Source: Promethearchaeota archaeon (GTDB lineage Archaea; Asgardarchaeota; Lokiarchaeia; Sigyniarchaeales; SOKP01). From it: a stretch of DNA of 64,000 nt. The stretch is from the NCBI GenBank assembly GCA_016839765.1, contig JAEOTP010000034.1, positions 1 to 64,000 of the forward strand, written 5' to 3'. Below, one piece after another: positions 41,400 to 51,736 of this stretch (positions within the stretch are counted from its first letter, which is position 1; every line of letters begins with the position of its first letter). The position numbers were made by a program, and so were the translations under genes. Under the pieces are notes generated by a model. That model was not told where the DNA came from, ran no database searches, and was given only the letters and a program-made list of their open reading frames with translations.

Positions 41400-42593
41400 A
41401 TGGCACCAGTAATGATTTGGAACCCTATAGAACGATTTTTATGGGGTATAGCTATCGCATTTTTAATAGCCTGCGGGCTTCGATATTTAAATAAAGGGAG
41501 AAAAAGGGAACTCTTAAATGAAAAGATATTGATGTTTGGTTATGCTGGTTTTCTTATATTTATATCGTTCACTCAAATATTTATTTATCTTTTTGATCTT
41601 CAAGTTCAAGGTATTATGATAGATGATACATTTTATGGTACTTACGATTACACAGATTATAGTTTAACATTTGAAATTTTGCATAAATTACTTTCAGCTT
41701 CTTTTGCTATAGGGGTTACAATATTCTTTCTAGCGTTTGAGATTACCATAAAGCGGACAAAATATATTCTTACAATAGTAAATAGTATATTCTCGATTTT
41801 GATTATTGTCCTACCTTTAAGTTTGTCAAGAGACATTGCTGATTATTTTGTTGGAACATTATCGATAATTTTAATTACATTTATCATATATTTACATACA
41901 AAGTGGTCTCGGCTTGAGTTTAAAGCAATTTCTTCCTTTTTATTGCTCGGCTTCTTATTAATTGAGAAAGGAATTTTTCTAAGTGGAAGTAATTATAAAT
42001 CTATTAATGTTTTTCCTTTAGTATTAGGTCCCATTGTCTACATATTAGGAACTTCTATGATTTTAATTCCAACAATCATTAATCCAAAAGTAATTTCAAG
42101 AGCTTTAGTTTATTGGTTAGTAGGTGGTGTTCTTTTTTTTCTGGTAGATTTAGCTATATTTATAACTTTGATATTTAGTGGTTTTATTCCAATTGTTTTG
42201 ATAATAAATATAGTAGGATTAACATATCGTATGATAATCTTCTTACTAATTATTAAGGATATAAAATCAGGAGCTAGTCAAAAGGCAAAAGGTGAGAAAA
42301 TAGATAAGGTCCAAGATGTTTTAGGAGTATTTATTAGACCTGAAAGGATTACTGAGGAAGAATTATCAATTTGCAGGGAAAAAAAAGTATGTTTGGTTTG
42401 TAAAGCAAAAATAGGGGGTTTTAATACTTTTATTTGCTTAGAATGCGATACTTTATATTGCGAGAATTGTGCTCGAACACTCTCCAACATGGAAAACGCG
42501 TGTTGGGTTTGTAATGCTCCTTTTGATGAAACAAAACCCTCAAAACATTATGAAATATCAAAAGAGAAAGAGCCAATTAAAAAGATTAAATAA
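41400..42593 (+). CDS. Polytopic membrane protein with C-terminal C4C4 RING-like zinc finger
   Basis: About 9 TM helices, then CLVC-x11-CLEC-x4-CENC-x10-CWVC. Confidence 0.8.
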   Translation: MAPVMIWNPIERFLWGIAIAFLIACGLRYLNKGRKRELLNEKILMFGYAGFLIFISFTQIFIYLFDLQVQGIMIDDTFYGTYDYTDYSLTFEILHKLLSASFAIGVTIFFLAFEITIKRTKYILTIVNSIFSILIIVLPLSLSRDIADYFVGTLSIILITFIIYLHTKWSRLEFKAISSFLLLGFLLIEKGIFLSGSNYKSINVFPLVLGPIVYILGTSMILIPTIINPKVISRALVYWLVGGVLFFLVDLAIFITLIFSGFIPIVLIINIVGLTYRMIIFLLIIKDIKSGASQKAKGEKIDKVQDVLGVFIRPERITEEELSICREKKVCLVCKAKIGGFNTFICLECDTLYCENCARTLSNMENACWVCNAPFDETKPSKHYEISKEKEPIKKIK

Positions 42594-42686
42594 ACCCAAA
42601 TCAAATAGAATTAATAAAGTTTAATAGATAGGTATAACGCAATAAGGAAATTTATCTAAATCCATCACAGAAATCACTATTTTCGT

Positions 42687-43121
42687 TTAAAACTTAATTT
42701 TCATAATTTCATCCTCTGAATCACTAGAACCCATAAGGATGCAATTTGATAAGTTTGAATTTCTAAGGTTCAATGTACTATTTTTGGTAATAATGCAGTT
42801 TTCAAGCTTTAAATTTTCTCCAATCTTTACATTCTCAAAAACAATCGAATTTGAAATCTCTGTATAATCTCCGATTTCTGAATTAGCTCCGATATATACG
42901 TTGGGCCCTAAGAGGACGTCATCGCCAATTTTAACATTTTCTTCTAAAAAAACAGGTTCAATAAAAGTCGGATAATCACCAATATAACTTGCGATTCTAT
43001 TTTTGATTTCTGATAAAAATGAATTAAATAATATTTTTAAATCAACAGTTTTAATATTTTCAGGATTATTTATTATTTCTTCAATTTCCATTATTTTTTT
43101 TTTCATAGATTCCATCTTCAA
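42687..43121 (-). CDS. Stand-alone left-handed beta-helix (hexapeptide repeat) protein
   Basis: PVFLEENVKIGDDVLLGPNVYIGANSEIG...NSIVFENVKIG, resembling the C-domain of NDP-sugar pyrophosphorylases. Confidence 0.8.
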   Translation of the reverse strand: MKMESMKKKIMEIEEIINNPENIKTVDLKILFNSFLSEIKNRIASYIGDYPTFIEPVFLEENVKIGDDVLLGPNVYIGANSEIGDYTEISNSIVFENVKIGENLKLENCIITKNSTLNLRNSNLSNCILMGSSDSEDEIMKIKF

Positions 43122-43147
43122 TAATTATCTCCAATTTTTTATTAAGA

Positions 43148-43864
43148 TTATAATCCCATCAATTCTATTAATTTTTCAATATTATCACCTGTCTTAGCAC
43201 TCGTAGTAATTACATCTATATTTGGATTAATTTTTTTAGCGTCATTAGTCATTTTACCAAGATTTGTACCTAATCTCTCTAATAGATCAATTTTATTTAT
43301 AACGGCAATATCTGACATTTTAAACAGCATTGGATGCTTTTCGATTACCCACTCTCCTTCCGTAATCGATACGATTACAATTCGTTTATCTGTTCCAAGT
43401 ATAAATTCGGATGGACATATTAGATTTCCAACATTTTCAATAAAAACTACATCATACTTTTCTAAATCTTTATTTTTAATAATTTGATGTATGTGGTATG
43501 CATTTAGAGCGCATTCACGACCTGTATTGATTTGTATCGTTTCTGCATTATATTGTTCAATCCGATTTGCATCTACTCGTGTGGTTATATCACCACATAT
43601 TACCAATATTTTATATTTCTGTGCTAATTTTTCAGCTATTTTCTCTAAAATTGCTGTTTTTCCAGCACCAATCGCTCCCACAATATCAAATGATTTAATA
43701 TTATTGTCTATTAAGTTTTGATGTATTTTTTGAGCTAATAATTCATTATCTTGTTGTACCTGTTTTTTAGTTTGAACAACCAAATCTCGAATTTCATCTG
43801 TTGCAAGATTTGTACTTTCAAGTTCTTTTATTCTAGTTATTTCTTCTTTTTCTTCTTCTGAAAT
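43148..43864 (-). CDS. hypB: Hydrogenase nickel-incorporation GTPase HypB
   Basis: GAIGAGKT, GD, INTG.EC.L, ENVGNLICP, EG, KHP, NKID, SAK. The frame extends 27 codons beyond the tracked start to ATT at 43864 behind AAGGTGA. Confidence 0.92.
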   Translation of the reverse strand: MSEEEKEEITRIKELESTNLATDEIRDLVVQTKKQVQQDNELLAQKIHQNLIDNNIKSFDIVGAIGAGKTAILEKIAEKLAQKYKILVICGDITTRVDANRIEQYNAETIQINTGRECALNAYHIHQIIKNKDLEKYDVVFIENVGNLICPSEFILGTDKRIVIVSITEGEWVIEKHPMLFKMSDIAVINKIDLLERLGTNLGKMTNDAKKINPNIDVITTSAKTGDNIEKLIELMGL

Positions 43865-43876
43865 CTAAAATCACCT

Positions 43877-44110
43877 TTAATTAAAAAGTTCTAAGCCCAA
43901 CTTTATAATGAATGTTATATTTAGATAAAATTTTTGTTTTTTACCATAATCAGTAAAGCAAAAATAAAAGGCGTCATTTAAATAAACATATTGGAATGGA
44001 CAAATATAAGGAAAATTTCCATAAATAAAAGCAATTCTGCAACTATTTGCATCTAAGATTGGTTTTTTTATTTCACTTTCAGCCATTTTTGGTAACTTTA
44101 CAATTCCCAT
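43877..44110 (-). pseudogene. Truncated pyridoxamine-5'-phosphate-oxidase-like (FMN-binding) gene
   Basis: CRIAF...PYICPFQYVY....YF.FT.YGKK resembles the N-half of the split-barrel family, then degenerates and stops at 77 aa. Confidence 0.5.
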
Positions 44111-44212
44111 TTCAACTCAATCTTTTCTCAATTTATTACATAATAAAAAAATATCATATTTTTAAAGATATCTTTTTTTATTTAAATTAAAACATTTTAT
44201 ACCTATAAGGGG

Positions 44213-45136
44213 TTATTTTGAGAATTTTAAAACAATAATATTTGCTATTAAAATTAATACTCCCCCTATTAATGTGAAAATGGATAAATTTTTTAAAAAA
44301 ATAATCGTATTTATTGTCGCCATAACGGGTTCAAAATAAGAAAGAATCACTATATTTCCTCCTTTATCATTTTTTACTCCTACATTATATAATGTAAACG
44401 CTAAAGCAGTAGGGATTAAACCTAGTAAAAAACTAAAACCAATATCAACTAAGGATAATCTTGGTATATCTGCTGCTCCTAAAGGTAAGAAAATTAAAAA
44501 AAGGAGGAGAGTGGTTAACCATGATAAAAAAAGATCAAAATTGCCATTTGATTTAATGTTTTTTTGAGTTCTAATTCTTTTATTATAGATTTTCTTTTTT
44601 GAATATACTAGAATCGCTAAATTTAATCCAGACAAAATACCAATAATAATACCCGGTGAGATTAAATTTCCATTCCAAAATTCCATTATAATTGCTACAC
44701 CTATTATTGCTAAAATAAAACTAATAATATTTATCCTTGATACTTTTTCCTCCTTAGAAATTATTAAAAGGATAAGAAGAAAAATTCCACTCGTGTATAG
44801 CAAAAAAGCCGCAATAGCATATCCTGAAATAAGAATATTTAAGAAATATAGAAAAATAACTAGCGGATTTGTAATACATAGTAGAATAAGATATTTCCAA
44901 TGGAGTTTTAAATTTTCTTTAAAAAATTTTTTTGAAAAGGATTTTGAAATTAACATATATATAGTTAGAAATAAAGTACCAAAAATACCTCTAAGCAATA
45001 CTATTGTATATACCGGAAAGTTAGATAATAAAGTTATAAATAAACCTACATTTCCCATAAAAATACCAGATAAAAACATGCAGATTTTAGATATTACTGG
45101 TTTAACATAAAATTTTGTTGATTCCATCCAAATCAA
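44213..45136 (-). CDS. DMT/EamA family transporter
   Basis: About 10 TM helices in two repeats; AAFLLYT, LGLIPT.LAF.LYN.G, SYFEP. Confidence 0.88.
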   Translation of the reverse strand: MIWMESTKFYVKPVISKICMFLSGIFMGNVGLFITLLSNFPVYTIVLLRGIFGTLFLTIYMLISKSFSKKFFKENLKLHWKYLILLCITNPLVIFLYFLNILISGYAIAAFLLYTSGIFLLILLIISKEEKVSRINIISFILAIIGVAIIMEFWNGNLISPGIIIGILSGLNLAILVYSKKKIYNKRIRTQKNIKSNGNFDLFLSWLTTLLLFLIFLPLGAADIPRLSLVDIGFSFLLGLIPTALAFTLYNVGVKNDKGGNIVILSYFEPVMATINTIIFLKNLSIFTLIGGVLILIANIIVLKFSK

Positions 45137-45181
45137 TGATTCATTCGTTTTTTTAAAGGATTTACAAAACAGGAAGTTTTT

Positions 45182-45733
45182 TTATTCAATTCCATAAAAA
45201 TCAAGAGCTAAAGGCACGGTATGTCGATGAAAATAAAGTGCATCTAAAGATTGGATAAACTGATAATTATTCAAAATTTCTTTCAATTGGCCTAAATTTA
45301 ATTTATGCAGATTATGGTTTTGTATTAAAATCTTAGGAATTTTCTTCTCTACGCTTCGAAGTTTTTTTATTAAAACTTTCTTGCATAACAGAGGGTTAAA
45401 AGTACCTAAAAACTCAATCAGGTTTATTAAAAATGTTCCAGATTCATTATTAATTGCAAATATTACTGGTTTGGTTGCCTTTAGAGAATTAATTGATATT
45501 ATTTGTTTAAAAGCAATTCTTCTAATTGATTCATTTGAATCACTAATCAATAAATTTTCTAAAAAATTAAATGTCTTAGAATCTTTTAAACCTAACTTTT
45601 TGAAGTATTTGATATACTTGATTCTCAAATTCTCATCTTGACTGTTTTCTATTAATAATTTTAGTATATCAGGATTGAATCTATCAATTACACCCCTATG
45701 CTTAATATTTTTGGAGTTATTATCCATATCCAA
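45182..45733 (-). CDS. HEAT-like repeat hypothetical protein
   Basis: LLIENS.DE.LRI and LENLLISDSNESIRR.A repeats. Confidence 0.65.
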   Translation of the reverse strand: MDMDNNSKNIKHRGVIDRFNPDILKLLIENSQDENLRIKYIKYFKKLGLKDSKTFNFLENLLISDSNESIRRIAFKQIISINSLKATKPVIFAINNESGTFLINLIEFLGTFNPLLCKKVLIKKLRSVEKKIPKILIQNHNLHKLNLGQLKEILNNYQFIQSLDALYFHRHTVPLALDFYGIE

Positions 45734-45840
45734 GTTTAGAATTAAAATCTATTCAACATTTTATCTTGATAAATAAAAAGAAACGTAGAATATAATCTTT
45801 GAAGACTTCATGTAATAGTTTGATTATTTAAAAAAAAAGA

Positions 45841-47166
45841 TTAATCAAGTTTTGCGCCACAATTAGGGCAAATTATCGCATTTCTAAGAGTAGTTCCACA
45901 TATTCTACAAAGATTTATTGTTTTTTTCTTAGGAGGTCGTAATGAGGTAATGGATATTTTATCTTGTGCTAATGTTGAAGTGTCAGAATCTTCAGAAACA
46001 TTTACCATGGAATTGGGAATTGCATCAATTAGTTTTGGTTTACCATTATTCTTTGTTGGTATCGTAATCTCTGTTCCAAAAAATCCACCTATACGGACTT
46101 TTTTTAACGAGGGTGCCTCATTTTCAACGGAGGTAGGTTCTGTTTTAATTTCTTCTTCACTATATACCTCATCAGTATATTGATCTGGAATTTCATCAAC
46201 TTCAGAATATTCTTCTTCAGAAGGGATTTCAGTTACTTCTAATTCTTCTGGATGATTCTCTCGGTATATTAAATTTACAAATTCCTCATCTAACTTCAAG
46301 AGAGTATCACATTGAACACATCTAAACAAATGCTTAAATCCTATATTATTAGCAATGGAGTATTCTGCCACGCAACAGGAATGATATCTGGCATTGCAAT
46401 TAAAACATTTATGTACTTCATCAGAATATGCGTCACATATTGGACATAATTCTTGTTCACATAGATCACATTTTTCTTCTTGTTCTGCATCTAAAGAGAT
46501 TAAATCAACGGCTAGTCTTTCGTAAAATACTTTATCTTCCTCCAAGATATATTCTGTATCATCGGTTTGAATTACATTAAACTCAGTCTTATTTTGTATT
46601 AACGATCCTAAGATATTTTGAAATAATTTGATATCATTACAATAAAATACGCCTCCATGAGTTTCTGAGACAATGACTTTTAATTTAACATCATCCACAT
46701 AAAATTTTTGATCTCCTACCCTTATAATATCAATAAATGTATCAAATTTCCTGGCTTTAAGTAATAAATCATATAATGCATTATGATACTCTTCTGAGAG
46801 TGAGCTGGGAGTATCAGATATTATTATTATTCTGTAATTCTTTCTCGCAGTTCTAATCTTTCTAAAAACATAGGATAAGATTTCAAATAATCCATTCTCT
46901 AAATAACTCTTTTGAGTTTCGCGAGCTTCCCAATATTCATCTAAAATATGTACTAATGAATCTGCTTCGTTTTCATCATATGTAGTTATGGGAGCTCCTT
47001 TTTCTTGAAATAAAACAAGACCATAAGAACTCAAACTATTGAATTTATCTTTATCTTTAATAAACGAAGTAATTGCTTTTGTTAATGTCTTCTTTTTCAT
47101 AAAATCTAATAGAAGATCAATGTAAAAAATGAATTCCTCTGAATTCACAGCCGCTTTCTTAAACAT
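45841..47166 (-). CDS. vWA-like domain + PHD/RING-variant finger + C-terminal zinc ribbon
   Basis: Strands FYIDL, YGLVLF, IIIISDTP, FIDIIR, ETHGGVFY; Cys/His cluster CDLC..CPIC..CFNC..YHSCC..CVQC; terminal CRIC..CPNC. Confidence 0.7.
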   Translation of the reverse strand: MFKKAAVNSEEFIFYIDLLLDFMKKKTLTKAITSFIKDKDKFNSLSSYGLVLFQEKGAPITTYDENEADSLVHILDEYWEARETQKSYLENGLFEILSYVFRKIRTARKNYRIIIISDTPSSLSEEYHNALYDLLLKARKFDTFIDIIRVGDQKFYVDDVKLKVIVSETHGGVFYCNDIKLFQNILGSLIQNKTEFNVIQTDDTEYILEEDKVFYERLAVDLISLDAEQEEKCDLCEQELCPICDAYSDEVHKCFNCNARYHSCCVAEYSIANNIGFKHLFRCVQCDTLLKLDEEFVNLIYRENHPEELEVTEIPSEEEYSEVDEIPDQYTDEVYSEEEIKTEPTSVENEAPSLKKVRIGGFFGTEITIPTKNNGKPKLIDAIPNSMVNVSEDSDTSTLAQDKISITSLRPPKKKTINLCRICGTTLRNAIICPNCGAKLD

Positions 47167-47316
47167 CCCAACACCTTTCTTAAGAAGAAATTTATAATAA
47201 AATATGAATAGGAATTTATTTAAACTAATAATAGAATTTTTATTTATTTTTATTGATCTTTCATTATTTCTGTTGTTTCACGAAAAATATTATACAGCTC
47301 TCCAAAATTAAGAAAA

Positions 47317-48702
47317 TTAGGTTGAAAAATTATGTCCACAATAAGGACAAGAGTTAATACCGACCATATTTTTGGTTAATTTTGTACGACATTCAGGGCA
47401 AATCATAAAACTTCCTTCATCTTCATCCTTCTCTGAGTTCTTATTATTTAAAGATATACTAACATATGTTTTCTTGGCTTTTTTATCTTCATATCTTATT
47501 TCTGGCTCTAATAATTTATTTTTTTTTATTTTATCTTGAGTAGAATTGTGAGAAATTTTTTGATAGATTAATTTATCTCCTTCCTTTCTTACAGTGTATA
47601 CCTTACCAAAAAAACCGCCTATTCTTACTGTTTTTGGGTGGACCTGCAGAGTATCTGAAAATTCTAGGCTCTGATCTTGACTCTTATCTAAAAAATCTAT
47701 TTGCTGATTAAATGATTCTTTAATAAGGTCTTCTTGAGTTTCTGTTACTGTTTTAATATCTTCGGTCTCGATATAATCTTCAACAGTTTTTATATTATCA
47801 TCTTCAGGTTTGACTATATCATCCTGTTTGATTTTTAAAAGAACATCACACCTTGGGCATCTAAATATGTGAGGAATACCGATATTATGCTTGATTGTAT
47901 AATTAGTGATACAACAATTATGAAATACACTCCCGCAATTTTCACACATAAGGGGGATATCATAAATATTAGTACAAAAAGGGCAGATATCTTTTTGACA
48001 AAAAAAACATTTTATTCCTATTTCTTCTTTTGTTCGTTTTAGCTTTTTTGCCAGACGGGAATAAAAATCATAATCTTCCTTTTTAATCTTTATTTTTACT
48101 TCTTGACCTTCAATAAGACTTATTAATTGTTTAGGCTTCACTAACTTTTTTATAATGTTCATAAAATCTTTCTTATCATGGAGATAAAAAATACCTCCTT
48201 TAGTATCACTTGTTAAAATATTTAACTTTACATCATCTTTAAAGAATCTTTCGCTCTTTTCAGAAATTCGTACAATATCTATAAAAGTTGGAAGATTTTT
48301 GATTTTTGATACGAGATTAAATAAGGCGTCAGTGTAATCCTCTGATAAATCACTTGGTGTATCTGTAATAACAATTATTCTATTTATCTTTGACTTTTTT
48401 CTCGTAGTCTCAGCGATATAAGAAAAAATATAGAAAAAGCCATTTTCAAAAAAGGATTTTTTTTTAGGACGCGTCCTCCAATTTTCTTCAATAGTATTTG
48501 CTATAATACTAGAATCTTTTTTATCAATAATAAAGATTGGATTTCCCTCTTCTTGGAAGATTAATAACCCATAATGTCCTTTAAGATTACTTTTATTTTT
48601 TTCAGAAATATAATACTTTATTGCTTTAATTAGTTCTTTCTTCTTTAATATATCCTTTGTTAGATCTAAATAAAAAAAAATATCTTCATAAGAAGTTTTC
48701 AT
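47317..48702 (-). CDS. Tandem paralogue of 45841-47166 (vWA-like + PHD/RINGv + zinc ribbon)
   Basis: Shares YGL..FQE.G.P, ENG.F.I.SY, DTPS.LSE.Y..AL..L, DDVKL, NIG..H.FRC and VRIGGFFG motifs. Confidence 0.7.
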   Translation of the reverse strand: MKTSYEDIFFYLDLTKDILKKKELIKAIKYYISEKNKSNLKGHYGLLIFQEEGNPIFIIDKKDSSIIANTIEENWRTRPKKKSFFENGFFYIFSYIAETTRKKSKINRIIVITDTPSDLSEDYTDALFNLVSKIKNLPTFIDIVRISEKSERFFKDDVKLNILTSDTKGGIFYLHDKKDFMNIIKKLVKPKQLISLIEGQEVKIKIKKEDYDFYSRLAKKLKRTKEEIGIKCFFCQKDICPFCTNIYDIPLMCENCGSVFHNCCITNYTIKHNIGIPHIFRCPRCDVLLKIKQDDIVKPEDDNIKTVEDYIETEDIKTVTETQEDLIKESFNQQIDFLDKSQDQSLEFSDTLQVHPKTVRIGGFFGKVYTVRKEGDKLIYQKISHNSTQDKIKKNKLLEPEIRYEDKKAKKTYVSISLNNKNSEKDEDEGSFMICPECRTKLTKNMVGINSCPYCGHNFST

Positions 48703-48856
48703 GAAATAAAAAACCTAGAACCTTTTAATTTATTTTAAGAAATTTATTTTTTAAATATTTATTATCTTCCAAAATTTTAAAAAGTAAAATTTGATATTAC
48801 TTATTAATATAGGTGAATAAGGTTATTAGAAATAAGTAAATAATTAGTGCATATAT

Positions 48857-50782
48857 ATGGAAGATTTTTTAAAGCAAATCCAACTTTCGGAACATGCGAT
48901 TAAAATTTATCTTAATAGTTTAGGGAGGAAACCATTATCCTCAAATGAGTTGTATTCAATGGTCCCTACCCTTTCTCAAGAAGAATATTTAAATATCATT
49001 AATGAACTTACTACGATAGGATTATTAATTCCAATTACCCCCCAATCATCAGGAATTTTAAACCAGTATTTGGCATTACCACCATTTAATCCAATTATAA
49101 ACTACTTAGAAAATATTAATAGTAACTTAGGTAGTATAAAAAATCAATTACATCAATTATTAGCCAATTCATTAACAAAGCTATTTAACGAGAATAGTAT
49201 AATTGAAGTAGAAACTATTTTTAAAGCATTTAAAGATACAAAAAAAGATATTCAAGAAGAAACAATAATTCAAAAGCAAGAAGTTGAAGATATTGTTCAG
49301 GGAATGGAAAATCTTAGAGTTATGGAAGCGGTATTAGAGGATCTACACCAAACGGTAAAAGGAATTACTCAAACTCAATTTGGAAATTTAATAAAGACAA
49401 TCTCAAGTATTAAAGATGAGATTAATGTAAAAATTGGAAATTTAGAACTTAAAAAACATGAGAACAGTATAAAACAGGTTATAGAGGAATCATTCAAAAA
49501 AAATTTGGATAGAATGACTTCACAATTAACTGCTAATTTGCACAAACTCATAGAAGAGGAAGTGAAGAAGACAATAGAATCTTTAAACAATATTATTGAA
49601 TCCAGTTTTCAATTTAGAGATGATTTCAAAATGTTATTACTAAACTCTTTAAATAATTTTGAGTTAAAATTGACATCTATTTTTGATTTACTGAAAAATA
49701 AAAAAGAATCTCTATCCAATGATTTAGAAGAGTTTCAAGAGACTATACTTAATAATTTAGAGAACATCATAAAAAATTCTGTTGATTCAATTGCAGCTTT
49801 AAATAATCCAATAAAAAATGTCATGGAAACCTATAGGAATTTGATAACACCAGAAAAAATAAAGATTGAAAATATTTGGGCAGTTAATAATATCTTAAAA
49901 GTTGATGAGGAAATCATAAATTTAATTAATAGATCTAAAAAAAAAATACTATTTATCGTTCCAAATTTAGAGGGTCATTTAAATGATCGGCAATTTAAGA
50001 CTGCATCCAGTAATCTCAAAATAAAAATCGCTTCCTCAGAGGCTCAAACAAATAGTAGTGCTAAACAACTAAAAGGAATTAAAAATCTTGATTATAGGAC
50101 TCTTAAGAATGATAATATCTTTATATTAAAATCAGATAGTGATTATTTAGTTATAGGTATTAGAATTGAAACAAGAAATAAATTAGATGACTTTATCGGT
50201 TTTGGTACAACTTATAAACCTATTATCCAGTTAATGGACCCCGCTATAGATTCAATCTGGAATAAAGCAACTTCAGATTTACATCAAGCTCCAAAATCAA
50301 TTGGTATAAGTACTTCAATGGGAGAAAAATCATCTGGTACAACCTCTAGCACACCTGATATTAAAATTCCAGTTCAAAAATTTACTCCAACACCAATAAA
50401 ATTACCAACCACAAAAATTAGTACAATTCAACTACCACAGCAAGAAGTCCCTTCTCCAAGTATAAATTTATCTCATCAAATGGAACAGCATTCAGATTTT
50501 ATTGTAAAGGTACATCCTAAAGCGGGAGATGAGGCAGGTTTTTTGATAAATAATGCATTTAACACATTAATCCAAAAATTAGGGACCCTAAAAGGCGAGG
50601 AATTTAGTATAGAGCTACAAAAAGTTGCTGACCTAATTTTAGAAAATAAGGGTTTTTCAGTTACCTTACATAAATTACGAAGTACAATTAATCAATATAA
50701 AGAGCAGATAGATCTCTTAACCCCAAACGATGTAAGACAAATAATTGAAAAAATTGAAGAATGGAAAAGCCATATTCTATAA
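48857..50782 (+). CDS. TrmB-like wHTH + long coiled coil + TrmB/PLD-like domain protein
   Basis: LSEHAIKIYL..L N-terminal HTH, heptad-rich middle, IW.......EI..LI..SK..I...VP domain, Pro/Thr linker and helical C-domain. Confidence 0.6.
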   Translation: MEDFLKQIQLSEHAIKIYLNSLGRKPLSSNELYSMVPTLSQEEYLNIINELTTIGLLIPITPQSSGILNQYLALPPFNPIINYLENINSNLGSIKNQLHQLLANSLTKLFNENSIIEVETIFKAFKDTKKDIQEETIIQKQEVEDIVQGMENLRVMEAVLEDLHQTVKGITQTQFGNLIKTISSIKDEINVKIGNLELKKHENSIKQVIEESFKKNLDRMTSQLTANLHKLIEEEVKKTIESLNNIIESSFQFRDDFKMLLLNSLNNFELKLTSIFDLLKNKKESLSNDLEEFQETILNNLENIIKNSVDSIAALNNPIKNVMETYRNLITPEKIKIENIWAVNNILKVDEEIINLINRSKKKILFIVPNLEGHLNDRQFKTASSNLKIKIASSEAQTNSSAKQLKGIKNLDYRTLKNDNIFILKSDSDYLVIGIRIETRNKLDDFIGFGTTYKPIIQLMDPAIDSIWNKATSDLHQAPKSIGISTSMGEKSSGTTSSTPDIKIPVQKFTPTPIKLPTTKISTIQLPQQEVPSPSINLSHQMEQHSDFIVKVHPKAGDEAGFLINNAFNTLIQKLGTLKGEEFSIELQKVADLILENKGFSVTLHKLRSTINQYKEQIDLLTPNDVRQIIEKIEEWKSHIL

Positions 50783-50826
50783 TTAATAAACTTTTAATAT
50801 TTTAATGCCTCTAATCTTACAAAACA

Positions 50827-51591
50827 TTAAGAGGATTTCTTCTTCTTAAAAAGATTTAAAAAGAATCTAAATAAAATATACCCTACTAAGCTAAAGAAAG
50901 AGATTGCGAAGAATAAAGCTACGATTATTGATACTATAAAATTTGGATTTATAATTCCAATTATTCCAAAAATTGGGCATAGTGGAGCAATTAGGATAAA
51001 AAGTACATAGATTGTTTTTCCCTTCTCCCCAAAAGTAATATGTATAGTAATATTAAACCATCCGATTAAAATCATGAAAAATGGTGTTGCATAATAAACA
51101 ATTTCTAGAAAGGGAACCCCCATTCCGCCCATTGCAAAAGTATAAAAATAATTAGCATAAAAATAGGTAATTATTAATAAGGCACTAGCAGGTGTAGGAA
51201 CCCCTGTAAATCCTGTATCAGTAGATATATTAAATCTTGCTAATCTTAACAAAGCACCTAAGGCAAAAAGAATACAACCCACTAATAAAAAATAATCATA
51301 AGGAGTTCCGGTTTTAAAAGCTTGAAATGTTAATATAGCGGGAGATATACCAAAGGTTAGGCAATCACTTAAGGAATCTAGTTCTCTTCCCATCTCATTT
51401 ACCGTCCCAGTTTTTCGAGCGATATAACCATCAATTAAATCTGTACCTATTGAAATAGAAATTAAGAAAAATCCAAAAGAAATAGCATCACGTGTACCTA
51501 TACAAGCAGAAATAAGAGAAATCAATCCAAGAGTTGTTCCAATCAGAGTAATATAATCTTTTAGCTTTAATAAACTTGGTATGGTAGACAT
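50827..51591 (-). CDS. pssA: CDP-alcohol phosphatidyltransferase (archaetidylserine synthase-like)
   Basis: D..DG.IAR......G.ELDSL.D...FG..P and LRLARFN...F.G.P.P. Confidence 0.85.
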   Translation of the reverse strand: MSTIPSLLKLKDYITLIGTTLGLISLISACIGTRDAISFGFFLISISIGTDLIDGYIARKTGTVNEMGRELDSLSDCLTFGISPAILTFQAFKTGTPYDYFLLVGCILFALGALLRLARFNISTDTGFTGVPTPASALLIITYFYANYFYTFAMGGMGVPFLEIVYYATPFFMILIGWFNITIHITFGEKGKTIYVLFILIAPLCPIFGIIGIINPNFIVSIIVALFFAISFFSLVGYILFRFFLNLFKKKKSS

Positions 51592-51736
51592 GATAATATA
51601 ATTTAAATTCCTATTATAGTAATTTAAAGCTTATTTCTATTATAAAATTTCCTTAACACATAAATAAAGGTTTATAGATTCTCATTAAATTTATTAAATT
51701 ATATTACTTTTTTTTGATCAATTAAAAGAACTATAT

